DNA of 64,000 bases from Lingula anatina (taxonomy: Eukaryota > Animalia > Brachiopoda), in assembly GCA_051362555.1 (NCBI GenBank), contig CM120649.1, positions 6,014,001 through 6,078,000 of the forward strand, in the 5' to 3' direction. Made by a program: the position numbers and the translations under genes. Position 1 is the first letter of the stretch; each line of letters opens with the position of its first letter. Below, one piece after another: positions 11,100 to 24,656 of the stretch. The notes under the pieces are model-generated. The model was not told where the DNA came from. It saw only the letters and a program-made list of their open reading frames with translations, and made no database searches.

Positions 11100-14000
11100 T
11101 ATACCATTTGAGTATCAAACTCAAATAATGTCATATTGAATGTACTTAATCTTCTACCGATAAATTAACTTTGAACTCCGTTATCATTACTATTATTATA
11201 CATTTCCCAAAAACTGTGCGTAAAACAGATCTCCTTAAGAATAACATGCCGCTCAGTAAAAACCATAGATAAAACTGTGCATGCGAAACAGTAAAGTCAC
11301 TATGGAAAACTGTGTCTGTAGCTGCGATGCTAACTTATGCGAATCATCGCCCTATAAAATATAGATGCATGATATTCAGAGATCTAGAGTGACAGACCTC
11401 ACTCTGAATTCACAAACCCAAATAAATATTTATAAAATAAATTTTTTAGTGTGTCCTAACTGCTAAGCTGTCGGGCTAGAACTGAAGTGCTACTGCAAAG
11501 TACACCTAATAGTCACACCTGTGACTACTACTCAGCACTGTCACATGCTTGTGACGTAACACAAAGACAATCATTTTTCACTATACGCTGTACCGTGAAA
11601 AATATTCAAACATAATACGTCTGTCGCAGCTCATCTAACACAATTACTGAGCACATCTAACGCAGTGGTTCCCTTCAGGTGTCAGAATTTGGGATCTCTC
11701 TCTCTCTCATTCTTTCTTTGTCACAGCAAACAAAATGGAATCGAATTAATGAATAAGGTTAACACGACCTACAGTGTATATTTCCCTACCCCCACAAAAA
11801 AGAAAAAAAAACTTTAATTAAAGGACAACCTTCCTTCTAGTAAATACTGCTGGTGCCAGATCTTTGGTCATCTGCATCGACTGATTCTGATCATGTGAAA
11901 CTGAGAGAATGTTAAACCAACCCATACGTAGCATTAACAAAATCCGAGTCGCCTACAAACTTTTTGTTTCACCGGTTCCTGTTTTCGTCTTCATTTAAAT
12001 ATACAAGTATGCAAATGCATTGATATAGCAAATACAATTATAAAAGCGCCTAACAGGTAAACCTACAAATCCAAGCTGCACCATTATTTTTGCCATAGAT
12101 TCGAAATACAGCATAAAATTAACATCCATGTATGGATAAGGATTTCTTCTGCTGCAAATGGTTTGACAAGATCAAACTCATCATACCTGACCCATCTCCT
12201 CCGCTGTTCCCCTTCAGCCGATCACTCCCATTGATTTCATTGGGGGCAGAACTTGTGGGTGCCCTATTCCTGGTAGGTCCGGTAGAAATTGTTGAGCCCG
12301 GGTTTGGGATGGGTTTTGTGCTGGTTGTGGGTTTATCTGTAGATTTTACTGTAGTTGTTGTTGTTGTGGGTGTGGGGGGTGTGGGTGTTATTCCAGGCTT
12401 AGTGGACTTGGCAGGAGTTGGACTGGTAGTGCCTGAAGAATACAGAATTGTAGTTGTAGTTTCAATTGTTTGTTTGGTTGTGGGTTTTGTCGTGGGTTTT
12501 GTTGTAGATGTTGTTGTGGTTGTTGTTGTGGCTGTAGACTTTGTCGTAGGTTTAGTGGTTGTCGTGGATTTCGGCGTTGGTTTAGTTGTAGGTTTGGTTG
12601 TCGTTGTGGGTTTCGTAGTTGGTGTAGTTGTAGGTTTGGTTGTAGGTTTACTGGTTGTCGTTGTGGGTTTCGTAGTTGGTTTAGTTGTAGGTTTTGTTGT
12701 AGGTTTACTGGTTGTCGTTGCCGTGGATTTTGTCAATGGTTTAGATGTAGGTGTATTTGTAGGTCTTGTTGTAGGTCTAGTTGTAAATATTGTTGTGGGT
12801 TTGGTTGTAGACTTTATCGTAGGTTTAGTGGTTGTCGTTGTATGTCGAGCAGTAGGCGTTGCTGTTGGCATTGTGGTCGGTTTTGTCGTTGGTTTAACTG
12901 TAGGTTTAGTTGTTGGCTTTGTTGTTGATTTAGTTGTAGGCTTAGTTGTAGCTTTTGTTGTTTGTTGGGTTGTTGGTGTTGTCGTTGGTTTAGAAGTAGA
13001 CGTAGGTTTTGTCGTAGGTTTAGTCGTTTGCTTAGGTGCAGATGAGGTAGTTGGTGCAGCTGTTGTTGAAGTTTTACTTGTACTTCTTGAATTTGTAGTT
13101 GTGTCAGAACTGTTAAAACCTGAAGAAAAATAGGTTCCAGTAACCGCATTGTGCACAGATGCGTTATAAATTTAATGATGTTGTTCAGCTTAAAATAGTA
13201 ATCAGAAACAGACACGACTTCTACCAAGCGACGAATTTTCTGTAATGATACCGCTGCGCGCTACATGAACTCGTTTCAGTAAGATAGTTAAATTAAACAA
13301 AAATTGTTGACTATGTACATATGTACATATCCTAAGATTAAATAAGATAAGATAATATACCAATTAAAATTTCACATATAACGGAAATTGGACTCCAATT
13401 TCACAATACAATTTAATTCAACCCTGTGAGTCTGGTGATGGGATATTGTTTCCAATCATTCATTACCGCAATTAAATTTAATGATTTCAACCAATTGCTA
13501 TAATATACATGGCGTTTAAAGTACCTGTGAAAATAGATAAATATAAAGCTTACCTATCGTCGTGGTGGGCTTGGTCACTGTAGATTGTGTGCTCGTAGAC
13601 AGCGTGGTGGCCTTGGTGGTAGGCTTTGGGTCTAGGGTGGGTTTAAATGTAGCTACAAAAGAGAAAATTCACGAGGTATATCAAGGGGAGCGCACACTAT
13701 ATGAAGGCGGGATTAGGCTCTCAATTCCATTTGCTTAACTGACATCCTACTTTGAGACGGACACCAAAACTGTTTAATGTAATAAGGACTCGAGAGTTTC
13801 GTTTGTTTTCAAGGTGGAAAGGCAAACATTTAGACAAGTTGATAGTGGATTTTTTTTAAGCAATTAAAACGTCCAGTCGATTGGCTACATCTTAAAATGT
13901 GTACCGAACAAATCTGAATACAGCTAGGCTGAATGTGACAGTGTATTTAAATATGGGCGTTGCTGGTATACTTGAATAAACTTTAAGCAGGGGTTGCTAT

Positions 14001-17000
14001 CGCAATACGGCAAATTTCACGGAACTCAATAATGCTTCATATTTGCCCCATGTAAAGAATCTGGACATCGGGCTACCAGCAGCTGGCCTACTGCCAGTCT
14101 AACTTAGTCGTGGTGAGAACATGTGTCGTGGTGAGAACGTGTCTTTTAAGGAATACGGCCTACCTGGGTCGTCCGGGCATTCTCCCAGTGCCAACTTAAT
14201 GTCGTCTATAGCGTAATCGCTGTACTGACTGCCACTTGTTAGTTTGACCTCAAAGGTCAAGGCCACAAGTTCACCGGTCACGTTCACACGTGCACGCTGC
14301 CACTGCTGCAAACCTGAGCCTGTGTCAAGAAACACATTACTGGTACATTATAGTGGGTATTCTTTATATGCAAAATAAACAAAGATACTCTTTTTTAACT
14401 CTTTTATGTTTTATGACCTCCAAATTGGTCTGGTAGAAATAAATGGAGTTGTAGTTGACAATGCCTCAGTCGTGGATCTAAAATGTAAATATACTGGGTA
14501 ACATATTGTTCCAGAAATGATGTAAAACATCGCATCGCACATGTACATGTACATCATCATTGGTTTGTTCACGTATTACGATAACCGAAGTCACCCCCTT
14601 GAAACTCTGCAAACGCTGCAAGTATGCACTTACGGTGACAGCGTCCCCACTTAATGGCGTTAGCGTCTGTCCCACACCATGGTTCGTCATTACCAAAGTT
14701 AAGGTAGGTGGTACAGCTGTACTCGTCCGTAAACCCAGGATTGTACGGGAATACGCAAGGTGCCCCTTCTGCCGTGCCCTCATAGGTCTGCTTGGTGGAG
14801 ACTAAATAAAGGGATTGATTTTCCGTAATTTTTCAAGACTGGGGAGGACAAATTCAACTTTCTAGGGAAGACCTCTTAATTAAAACAATGCTGAAACTGC
14901 AACTGGGCGATTTGACAAACATGCAAAGTTTAGCTTCATTCGTTGAGTTCTACAAATTTTCCTGGTGACAGGTCAATTTAAATTAAAATTGTCAGTAGGC
15001 AATTTCGACATACAAATATTTCATTTGCGTCATATTTTGCTAAAAGGGGACCATAATTCCTGCAGTCACCACTCACCCTCTCCCTGCGTCTCCCACAGCG
15101 TCCAGGACACAGTGCTGGCGTTCTTAGCCAGCACCCTGAGTATCCCCACGTCGATACCGTACTGGAAGTACCAGAACTCCAGGCACTTGTTCTCCCTGTT
15201 TGTGATCGGGGGTAAGAAAATACGGGCGTCGTCGCCCTTCCCGGCCCGTGTGGACTCCACGTAGAAGTAATAACCTGGGGGTAAGGACATGACAAAGTTG
15301 TTACTATAAGTCAAATAAATATGCTTACTTAGAGGCGTGTATAGCAGAAACATGATCGAACGACAGTAAAAATAAAATATTAGTAAAGCACAGGTGAAAA
15401 CACTAGCCTTGATTAGTATAGAGAAGGGTTAGTCGGAGCAATGGGTTTAGCATATGGGATAATGGGACGAATGTCACCTTTACACAGCAATGGGGAAAGG
15501 TCTACGGTTCCTAGCGGACTGCCATTCCTGTCACACCTATGTGCATTGGAGGCAAGTACGTTTACATGTTTATAAAATATATTTTGTTCACGTCCTACTC
15601 GTAGCCTACTGGTACATGCGTCTTGGAACCGTCAATATACCGTCAGAGTATTAGTAAACTGTACAGAAATTTGCACATCATTATTTAAAAGTCTTTAGTT
15701 CATGTTATCCCTACCTCCATTTCCAGTGTGATCCCCTTTAACGGGACCCGTATATTTGGTCGGTGCCCTCCCCCGCCACCGCTTCCAGTTTAGTGTATCC
15801 GAGGGATCTTGAAAGAGGCCACAGTCTGTGGAGTCGAATTCGCAGTTAAACAACAGGCTGTTGCCTTGAAAGGTTGCCACCCCTGGGTTGACTAAGGTAT
15901 TGGCAGGGGGTACAGTGGCGGAACCCGTTGGTGGTGGGGGTAGAGTAGTGGTTGTTGGAATAGCAGCTGTGTCATTAATGCAAGGTCCTACTGAACCTGA
16001 AGCTTTTAGAAAAAAAGGCAAAATTTAATGTTATATATGCAACTTTTACGTTACTCAGCGTGGGGTCACATATCAGGATGCCGCTTTTCATATTGATAAT
16101 AATATATCTACTAAAAGGATAACAAACGTCAGTCTTTAATGCAGAAAACAATGTATACGTACTGTACCCAGTATAACAGAATCAAGCGTTTCTAAATATT
16201 CCAATTTCAAGAGCCTTTTTTCCTAATCTTAGCAGTCCTTAAATGATTAATTTATGAAATTCATATTATTATCCAAATATTAATGGAGGAAAAATATAAA
16301 GATTCGATGTGCTAAGACTGAAAAAAAAAAATAATAACACAAAGTTCATTGTCCGTATATGATATGAATAATGAAAATTAAGTACACCAAACATCTCGAC
16401 ACTCACGCTGTGCCACACAAGGCCCCTTTACCACTGTGATGTCATCAATGGCAATATCCGCGAAGTAACCGTTGCCCATGACGCCCTCAAACATAATCTC
16501 GTACCTGCCGCACGGGAGGGTTGCATTGGCCCTATACCAAGCGTTACCCTGTTCGCCTTAAATGGAGATAAATCGCCGGACGTAAACAGAGATGATCACT
16601 TAAATCAAAGCGCACTTATCTTTTATATTTTTGTTCCTTTAAGTAACTGCATGTAAAGATACATAGCACAATAAAATCGCAAAAATACAAGCTAGGAATT
16701 TGCTATAAAATGGTAAAAAGTCAAGTTAAAAAGTAAAACATTTTCAAAAATAAATAAATTAATTAATAAAAATTAAAAAATAAACTAAGTGATTACCCTA
16801 ATGAAAAAAAGTAATATACAGGGTATTTTATACTACAACAGTTCATTTTACAAATTACATTATAAAATCCACGGCAAAATCCGTAGTTTGTCTTACCGCT
16901 AAGAGACCACATCTGCACCGTAGCGCCATCTATGTGAAGGTAGACATTGAGGCGGCCGATATCCTTCCCGTACATGTGGTAGAAGAAGTTGAGGCAGCGC

Positions 17001-18086
17001 TGCTGCGGCGAGAACGAGAATTCTGGAGAGTAGAGACGGGCAACCTCGTTTGGCTTACGTGGATACGAGGCCTCTATGTGTGCGTACTTGCCTCGCCCTG
17101 GAAAAAAGAACTTTATAGAGGCTCATTTTGCTCGCCATCTCCTAAAATACAAATTAAAGATCCTGCTGTGTTGATTTATGAAATATTTCCACCGACCAGG
17201 ATCTTTAAATCGGGTGAATGAAATGTCACATTTTATTACAACTTAGGTCTGCTTAATCGTGTCCTTTTCTTTAGCACCTAAAGTTGCAGTAACAATGGCT
17301 GTGGTAGTATCCCCGTGGTAATACATCCAGAATTATTAGTCTTGAAGTGCAATGCCAAAATGATAGCTTAAATACGGAGGTCAAAAGAACCTACATGACC
17401 CTTGGGTGTGGTCACTGGAGGGTCCGGTGCGGTCAGTCTGGGTCTTGCCTGACCCTATCCTCCAGTCAAAATCATCGTTAGTTTTGTCATCTTTAAAGCC
17501 GCAGTTGTCATCGTCAAACGTGCAATCAAACTCAATGTCTGAGGCTGAAAGAATTAATAAAGTGTTAGGCGTCTCAAAAGAAAGACAAGAAAATCTGTCC
17601 ACATTACGGTTGTGTATTATTAGTCTCTTCATTAAATATTTTTTATATTAAGTTAAATAAGTTCAAAGAAAAGATGACACAATTTACTTGTTTCTTTTTT
17701 AAGGATTAACAAACGTTGTTAAGGTTAATGAAACATTTATATTACAAGATACAGAAACACAGGGCAATTGTGTTAGGTGTGATAACACAGATCAACTAAC
17801 ACAATACCTGAAGACGGGGTCGGTGCTGGAGGAGCAGGTTCCAGAGTAGGACGAACTGGCGCTGTAATAAAGGCATATTACCTATGGTATCAGCTGTTCG
17901 ATTGTGTGACTCATGTTGTTATTTTGTATCATTTTTGTGTATGGAATCATTATTATAATATTATATAAAATTAAAAATACGCACTGGCATAAACTAGAAT
18001 ACCGTTATTTTATACAATAAAGTTAAGAATATTAAAAGCGGAATAACATAGCTGATAAGCTTATTTCCTGAAAGCATAGGTTTAAA

Positions 18087-18151
<65 letters not shown>

Positions 18152-19084
18152 GATATACGTGCACAAACTGTTTAACTTCGTCACGCTTCTGTCCCTCTAC
18201 TCCCTTCTCAATTAACTTACTTACTTGGGATATCGGGACATTTCCCAAGCCCTATCTTGATATCATCTATAGCATAATCACTGTAGAAGCTGTTACTTGT
18301 CATCACAGTCTCAATACTTATGGTGAGCACGTCTCCGGCAATATTCACCAGGGCCCGCTGCCATTGTTTGACCCCAGAACCTGAGACAGAAAATATAAAT
18401 TCAAAATTTCTAAGATTGGAAGCTTATGCAAACACCAGAGTTCTTTACTGAATATAAGGGCCTATCCGGATCTTCAAAGGCTCGAAATATAATTCAAAGA
18501 GCAAAATGGCAATTGACGCAAATTAAAATTGTGAAACAAAGAACCACGTATATTTTTTCAAAACAATTAAACAAAGGTTCTTCGCAAAATAAAAAGTACC
18601 TCTATTGGACTAATGCTTAGCACTTACATACGTAAGTATATTAAATGTGGATAAGAGTACTCACGGTAACATTTCCCCCACTTGTTTGCAGTTTTGTCCG
18701 TGCCACACCACGGCTCGTCGTTGCCAAAGTTTAGAAAGCTCGTGCAAGTGGAGAAGGTGGAAAAGTAGTTCTTCGTGAAGGGGAAGACACACGGCGCTCC
18801 ACCTGCAGTTCCGCCATACGTGCTCCCTGTGGTGACTGTAAGTAGAAAAGAGCACGTGCAACATGTGTCGTGAAACATGTTCGACATATATCTCAAAATA
18901 GTCACCAAAAACTATTCTTTAACTGTAAAAGCATAATTACAAAACATTTTTTTCTAATTCATTACAATGAAAGCCACAAAAGAAACCACTCGACAAATAA
19001 AAGATAAATAAACAAGCCAACCTTAACATATCTGGAGTGAAAATATAGAATGATAACAAAAAAAAGTAATAATAAAATAAAATA

Positions 19085-19124
<40 letters not shown>

Positions 19125-22100
19125 GTAATAATCGTTATTTTGTCTAAAAACACCCTACCGATCAACATGAAAATACTATCAGAAAGAACACACCAACCTT
19201 CGCCCTGTACTTCCCATAACGTGGAGTGAGTGGCTGTCTGCAGACTGTAAGCCCCTACATTCAGTTTTCCCATGTCTATACCATACTGGTAGTAGTAGAA
19301 CTCTAGGCATTTGTCGTCAGTGTTATTTAGAGTTGGTAACAAGAGCCTGGCAACGTCTCCCGTTTTCCTTCCGCTGGATCGTGAGTAAATGTAGTAACCT
19401 ACAAATAGTGATGAAAAGCGTAGATATTTTGTTGTGGCACTGTTCCTAAAATAATTCTTCGTATTAGAGTAAATGTAATCCAGTCAACTTCCACGGTTAC
19501 ATAGGATTACGGCCGCCATAATTTTAAATCACGCGGAAGAAAATTAAAAGAAAATTTACTCGATGATCTGTTTGGCTTTAATTGCTCTAATTGTATTCAG
19601 TATTGCGTTAGATGTGACTATGTCAGAGAACTGCATTGTGCTAGATGTGACCAAGTCTAAATGCTGCATTGTGTCAGGTGTGACAGTACTTTTGCTTATT
19701 GGCCATAATGGCATTATCGTGCATTAGATAAGACAAAATGAAAATGGCTGCATAGCATTTAATATGACAGGGCACGTCTTATTTCAGACATGGAAAAAAA
19801 TAGGCATACCGTTGTTTCCAGAGTGGTCTCCGTTCGCTGGGCCAGAAAACGTGCTAGATGCTCTCCCCCTTCTCCTAGCCCAGTCTAGCTGGTCTGACTT
19901 ATCCTGGATCATACCGCAGAAATTGCTATCGAACTGGCAGATAAAGACTAGTGTGTTGCTCTGGAAGTTGGCGATCCCAGGGTTGACCAGGCGTGATTTG
20001 GGGGGTATGGTTGCCCCCGGTCCCGTGGGGAGAGGGGGGAGGGTGGTGGTGGTCGGAAAAGCCGCGGTGTCGTTTATACATGGACCGGCAGTTGCTGCAG
20101 CTGAAGGTTGACACGAGTGTTTTTTTTTTTTCTATAAATTCTTTTATTCATGGCTAATAATGTTTGTAAATTGTTGGTACTGTTAGACAAGGTATATTTC
20201 ACACAAAAAAAAAAAATCTTTAACAAAAATCCGTACCAATTTTCGGGAATTAAAACGGATTATCGTTATCATCCATCTACTTTATACACAATTAATTGAC
20301 AAACAATTGATAACTAAAAAGGTACTATACTGTGACGACACAATTTTAAAAAATCTCTTGAGATGAATAACACTTACCGTCCAAATCACATGCAGTATCG
20401 TAGACAACAATATCATCTATGGCAATGTCCGATCTAGGACCGTCTCCAACCACGCCTTCAAACATGATGTTGTATCTGCCGCATGGGAGGGAGGCGTTTG
20501 CACGTAACCACATATTACCCTGGTCACCTGATCAGCATGAAATGATGACGTGTCCAAATGTACAGTGACGGCAGAAAACAGGTATCTTTCTGTTCTCTGA
20601 ACTGATTTTAACGCCCATTAAAAAAGATGTCTCTAGACAGAACGGTGACTTATACTTTATTTAATTTAGAGTTAGACACAATTAAATCAGCAATCAAATG
20701 TTAGTTTTATAATTCATTGTTCATTTGCATGAAAACTTAAGCCACATTGAAAACGGTCTTAACAAATCATTATACAGTAGCTATATTCGCTTGATTGCAA
20801 CCTCTAAAGCTTCAGCCCTTTGTAAGCAGTCGATATGGTAACAAGTGGGAGAGATTTCAAAGGGTTGAACGTGTTGCATTCAAACGGCAACCTCCCGAAG
20901 GTTGAATTGGCTTTTACCATTTTTCTGAAACTTTTTAAACGCGGCTTTAGAGTCGAGATAAGATCCCTGCTCTGCTACATGTAGCTTACCAGCCATAGTC
21001 CAGATCATCATCTTGGCCCCGTCCACGTGGAGATATACGTTCAGTCTGCCCATGTCCAGGCCGTACATGTGGTAGTAGAAATTGAGGCATCTTGGGCGGG
21101 AGCTGAACGGGAATTCCTTGGAGTAGAGATGAGCGAAGTGGCCTTCCTTGCGCGGGGTGGAGGCTTCTATATGAGCGTACCTCCCGTTACCTGAGAAGAG
21201 GTGCATATTGATATTTTAGTATAAAGAGAAGACAGTAAAGTATATTCATGATAAAGCGCTTGTTAAGTATTACAAATTGCCGAACTTACTCAATTTCCAG
21301 CAACATGCGATATCTTCACATCAACAGAGTTCGGTCTTACATATTTATAACAATGCTAGTTCTAGGCGCTTTTCAGTCATTATTATTTCTGATAAAATTA
21401 CATCAGTGGTGAACAGTATACAGGCTACATGTACCATTTCAAAAGCAACACTGTTCTTCTTTCCATTTAGTTCGGAAGGTAATTCACGAGTTTAAATACA
21501 TGCCTAGGTCACTTATCATTTATGAAGTGCAAGGTAAACAATCTAATCTTCAAACAATTGATACTCTTAACTAACACTCTCTTCTCTCAAGTATTAATTT
21601 AATCTTCTATGTACACACATCAGCTGATGTCGTAGATAATCTCAAGTAGGTGATCGCGATACGTTCTCTACGGGCTAAAGGCCCGCCAGATCACGAGGTC
21701 AAGTGATACAATGGGCACTCGAACAGTAATGTCAACTGATATGTAATGACCACATTAAATACGCGAGTGCAGAGATCAAATTGATAGACAACGTCAACCA
21801 GCTCCTCTGGGATGTCCATATTGTGTCCCAAAACACAATGAGAATATTCTATGAGACCATTCTAACAGATATTTAGATCGATCTATCCCCTGGGGAGTCT
21901 CGCTAGATTGCTGTCAGCTTCACCGGCTTAAATGCCTACTAAAAGCTATAAGGGGGTAATAAACTTTTGTGCGCGCTCGGCTCCCGGAAGCTGACAGCAA
22001 TTTAGCGTGTACCCCCAGGGAGTTAGGCCGATCCAGATAGATCGATCTAAATTTGTTGGAACCCAGTCTATGATTTCACATACGACTAAACTTAGGACGA

Positions 22101-23268
22101 TATAAGCCTTAAAGTTACTAATTCAGTTACTTAACATAGACTTCATATTCTAAACTCGCTCTTCGTCTTGTAATTTAAACCTCTTTGTCCTTGTAAATAT
22201 TAATAATAATGATAATAATAATAATAATAATAAAACGTCAAATGGCAAGTTAACGGCATCGCTTATATTGTTTAATAATGTGCTAAATCATTTACTCAGT
22301 GGCATCAGTTTGATCTGTATACTTATCCATCTATCAATTGAACTATTCAAATAATAAACATAATCATAATCTAGAAGACTTTTATTGGAGCCTTCACAAG
22401 AAGGACAGGAATCATTATGTGCGCAAGCAAACGCGCCTATGACGAGGCTTATAGTGCAAATTTACATGTTTAACAGTACGTACGGTTGCCGAGGGTGTGG
22501 TCAGCAGAGGGTCCCGTGTAGGGCGTCTGCGTGGGCCCTTGGCCTATCCTCCAGTCAAAGATATCGTCAACACGATCATCTTTAAAATCACAGGTGTCTT
22601 TGTCAAAGGTACACTCGAACTCGACATCCGCAACCGCTGTAGTATAAGATGGTGATATTGAAATTTGATGTAGTATGTAATAGTCGAAGAATTTGATATT
22701 TCGAAACGTAATTGTGATTAAGTGTGCTGACTTTGTATAAAGACCGATTCAGTTGTCTTAAATAATGGCTGTTAAAGTTATATACATGGATTGATATTTC
22801 GTTGTTTAGAAGTATGGTTACAAAAGAAAGGTATTTTTAAATTCTTCAAGCTCCAAAGCTCCACGTTGAATCATTACTGAGCTCAGTATTAAATTATGAT
22901 ATAATAAAATATTATGATAAAACATATAATTCCCAAATAACACACAAAAAGGTTTTTATTAGATAAAATGCATGTCCACTGAGTATGCCAAATTGTTGGG
23001 GCAATAGAGGTATTGAAAGAATTAATGGTTGAGAGGAAAATGAAACAATACTCGAATCTCAAATCAAAGTTAGCTATTCATTTAGCCTTCAGTATGTCTA
23101 CTAGTTGAATTTTTTGTGGAACGTCATGACTCATGTGAATTTAATTCTAAAAAGAGGACTTATTTCATTATGAAACAAAATATACATGAATTATAGACGC
23201 TCATTTTCAGAGATAATCTTACCTATGCTCAAAGAAGCCAGGAAAATAACTAATGATTTAGTGTCCAT
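9536..23268 (-). CDS. MAM-domain type-I membrane glycoprotein (~1325 aa): SP-MAM-MAM[FN2]-MAM-MAM[FN2]-mucin stalk-TM-NPxY. Exons: 23223-23268, 22484-22636, 20990-21190, 20378-20527, 19810-20100, 19198-19398, 18665-18835, 18225-18380, 17808-17861, 17395-17544, 16897-17097, 16407-16556, 15715-16002, 15077-15274, 14634-14801, 14164-14319, 13554-13652, 12187-13119, 10801-10885, 9536-9662
   Basis: MAM signatures (CTFD..CGF, DW...TGPS.DHT, CL.FYYHMYG..G.LNV, IAIDDI), FN2 signatures (GAPCVFP..CT..PWCGT..KWG.C) and signal peptide MDTKSLVIFLASLSI. TM GGLVAIVVVAIALIFIV, tail ending HIENPLYSDA*. GT-AG exons join in frame to 3978 nt. Confidence 0.85.
12187..13119 (-). repeat. Mucin-like coding repeat (TTKP)n exon
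   Basis: Degenerate 12-nt tandem units encoding TTKP/TTKS; 933-nt exon with AG/GT boundaries. Confidence 0.9.
18089..18148. repeat. (TA)n microsatellite
   Basis: Direct reading. Others: (TTTA)n ~6729-6776, (TAAA)n ~23851-23894, (TG)n ~24079-24115, (GA)n ~36494-36553, (TA)n ~53193-53268 and ~59447-59493. Confidence 0.95.
21871..22052. mobile_element. Palindromic MITE-like element, family A (inverted copy at 24490-24656)
   Basis: Terminal inverted repeats atttagatcgatcta...tagatcgatctaaat; the internal sequence is the reverse complement of 24490-24656. Confidence 0.75.
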
Positions 23269-23339
23269 TTCTTTTACAATAGTTTCCCGTCTCTGTTTCG
23301 CCCAGCGTGGCTCTCAATGTGAGAAAGGAGGGTCCAGAA

Positions 23340-23480
23340 AGTGACACTTATAAGCAGTAACATTACGTAACCCCATTGTCTTGATAACGTGACGCACGTG
23401 TTACGTTGCCCGGATGTAATCCTTGTATAATTGAAGTACAACGACCATCCATTCTTGATTTGTCCCTAAATCTTATCGTG
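23340..23480 (-). promoter_or_regulatory. Putative proximal promoter of the MAM gene
   Basis: TATAAG ~80 nt upstream of the ATG, TTACGTAA (PAR/bZIP-type), TGACGC, a CACGTG E-box and GATA sites (tgataa, cttatc). Motif matches only. Confidence 0.4.
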
Positions 23481-23851
23481 TTCAGTAGATATGAGTTGTC
23501 GTAAACCACCCAGACAATACAGCAGTCATTTTTATTTCGTTGCCATGTTGATTCTCATCTCCAAGACCATTTTTACAGTTAAGACAAACCAAGGGAAATT
23601 TTGTAGACATATTAAAAGGTACATGTATTCTATACTGGGGTTTCCCTACAAAATGAAATGTCCTCTAGAGAAAAAAGGGAAAGGTTAGTAGCTTTGCAGG
23701 TTATGTAGACATAGATAATTGGACTCTGGGAACGCGTGCTGTGTACTTTAAAAAATGAGCAAGCACTTAACTTTTGTTTGTCCAAGAAAGTTGTATCCAG
23801 AATAGACCCACAATAATTGCAGTTAACATGTAGTTACAATAAATCAATAGA

Positions 23852-23894
<43 letters not shown>

Positions 23895-24076
23895 AACGGG
23901 CTAATGTCACCACTATGAGTTAATTTTTTTTTAACAATGTTTATTCGAAAGAAATGGAGGCATTAGATGCTCTCCCCAAAATTAAATAAGTAAATAAATA
24001 AAACAAATGGATACAACAGAATATATATATAAGCCAAAAAGCTAAAAAAAAAAGGTTAGCGACATTTTAGTTTTTC

Positions 24077-24118
<42 letters not shown>

Positions 24119-24207
24119 CGCGAAAAGCATTAGTCGGCTCAAATTCAGCTGTCTTTCCAAACAAAAAATGAATTAGAAATTTAAGTCGTAGTGAAAAACA
24201 GGCTTTG

Positions 24208-24242
<35 letters not shown>

Positions 24243-24261
24243 GTGGGACGGGACATATATG

Positions 24262-24441
24262 CAGGTCCGTAGCCGGGGGGGGGGGGGGGGGGGGGTTCGG
24301 GGGGTTCGAAAGAACCACCCTTTTTGTCAGAAAAGGTCCATTCTGGGTACAATTTGATCTAGGTACACAAAGGTTTCATTATAAAAGGTCCACTTTTTCA
24401 GAAAAAGAGCCCCCCTTTTGACTTTGCTGGCTACGGGCCTG
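24262..24441. mobile_element. MITE family B (CAGG...CCTG termini); inverted copy at ~25975-26142
   Basis: TIRs caggtccgtagcc / ggctacgggcctg; the internal sequence is reverse-complementary to 25975-26142. Confidence 0.75.
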
Positions 24442-24489
24442 TATATGTATGAGTGTAACACCTCATTTCCATAGATTAGATCGACCTAC

Positions 24490-24656
24490 TTTAGATCGAC
24501 CTAACTCCCTGGGGGTTCACGCTAAATAGCTGTCAGCCGGGCGGACACGAAAGTTAATTACCCCTTACAGCTTGTAGTAGGCGGGACGGACATTTAAGTC
24601 GGATTATCTGAAAGTAATCTAGTGAGACTCCCCGCGGGGATAGAACGATCTAAAAT
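24490..24656. mobile_element. MITE family A, second copy
   Basis: tttagatcgaccta...tagaacgatctaaa termini; homologous to 21871-22052. Confidence 0.7.

Noticed and set aside
12132-13133. 333-aa Val/Gly-rich ORF on + and overlapping Cys/Arg-rich ORF 12470-12928
   Set aside because: Antisense shadows of the (TTKP)n mucin exon; the minus-strand frame has splice sites and fits the gene model.
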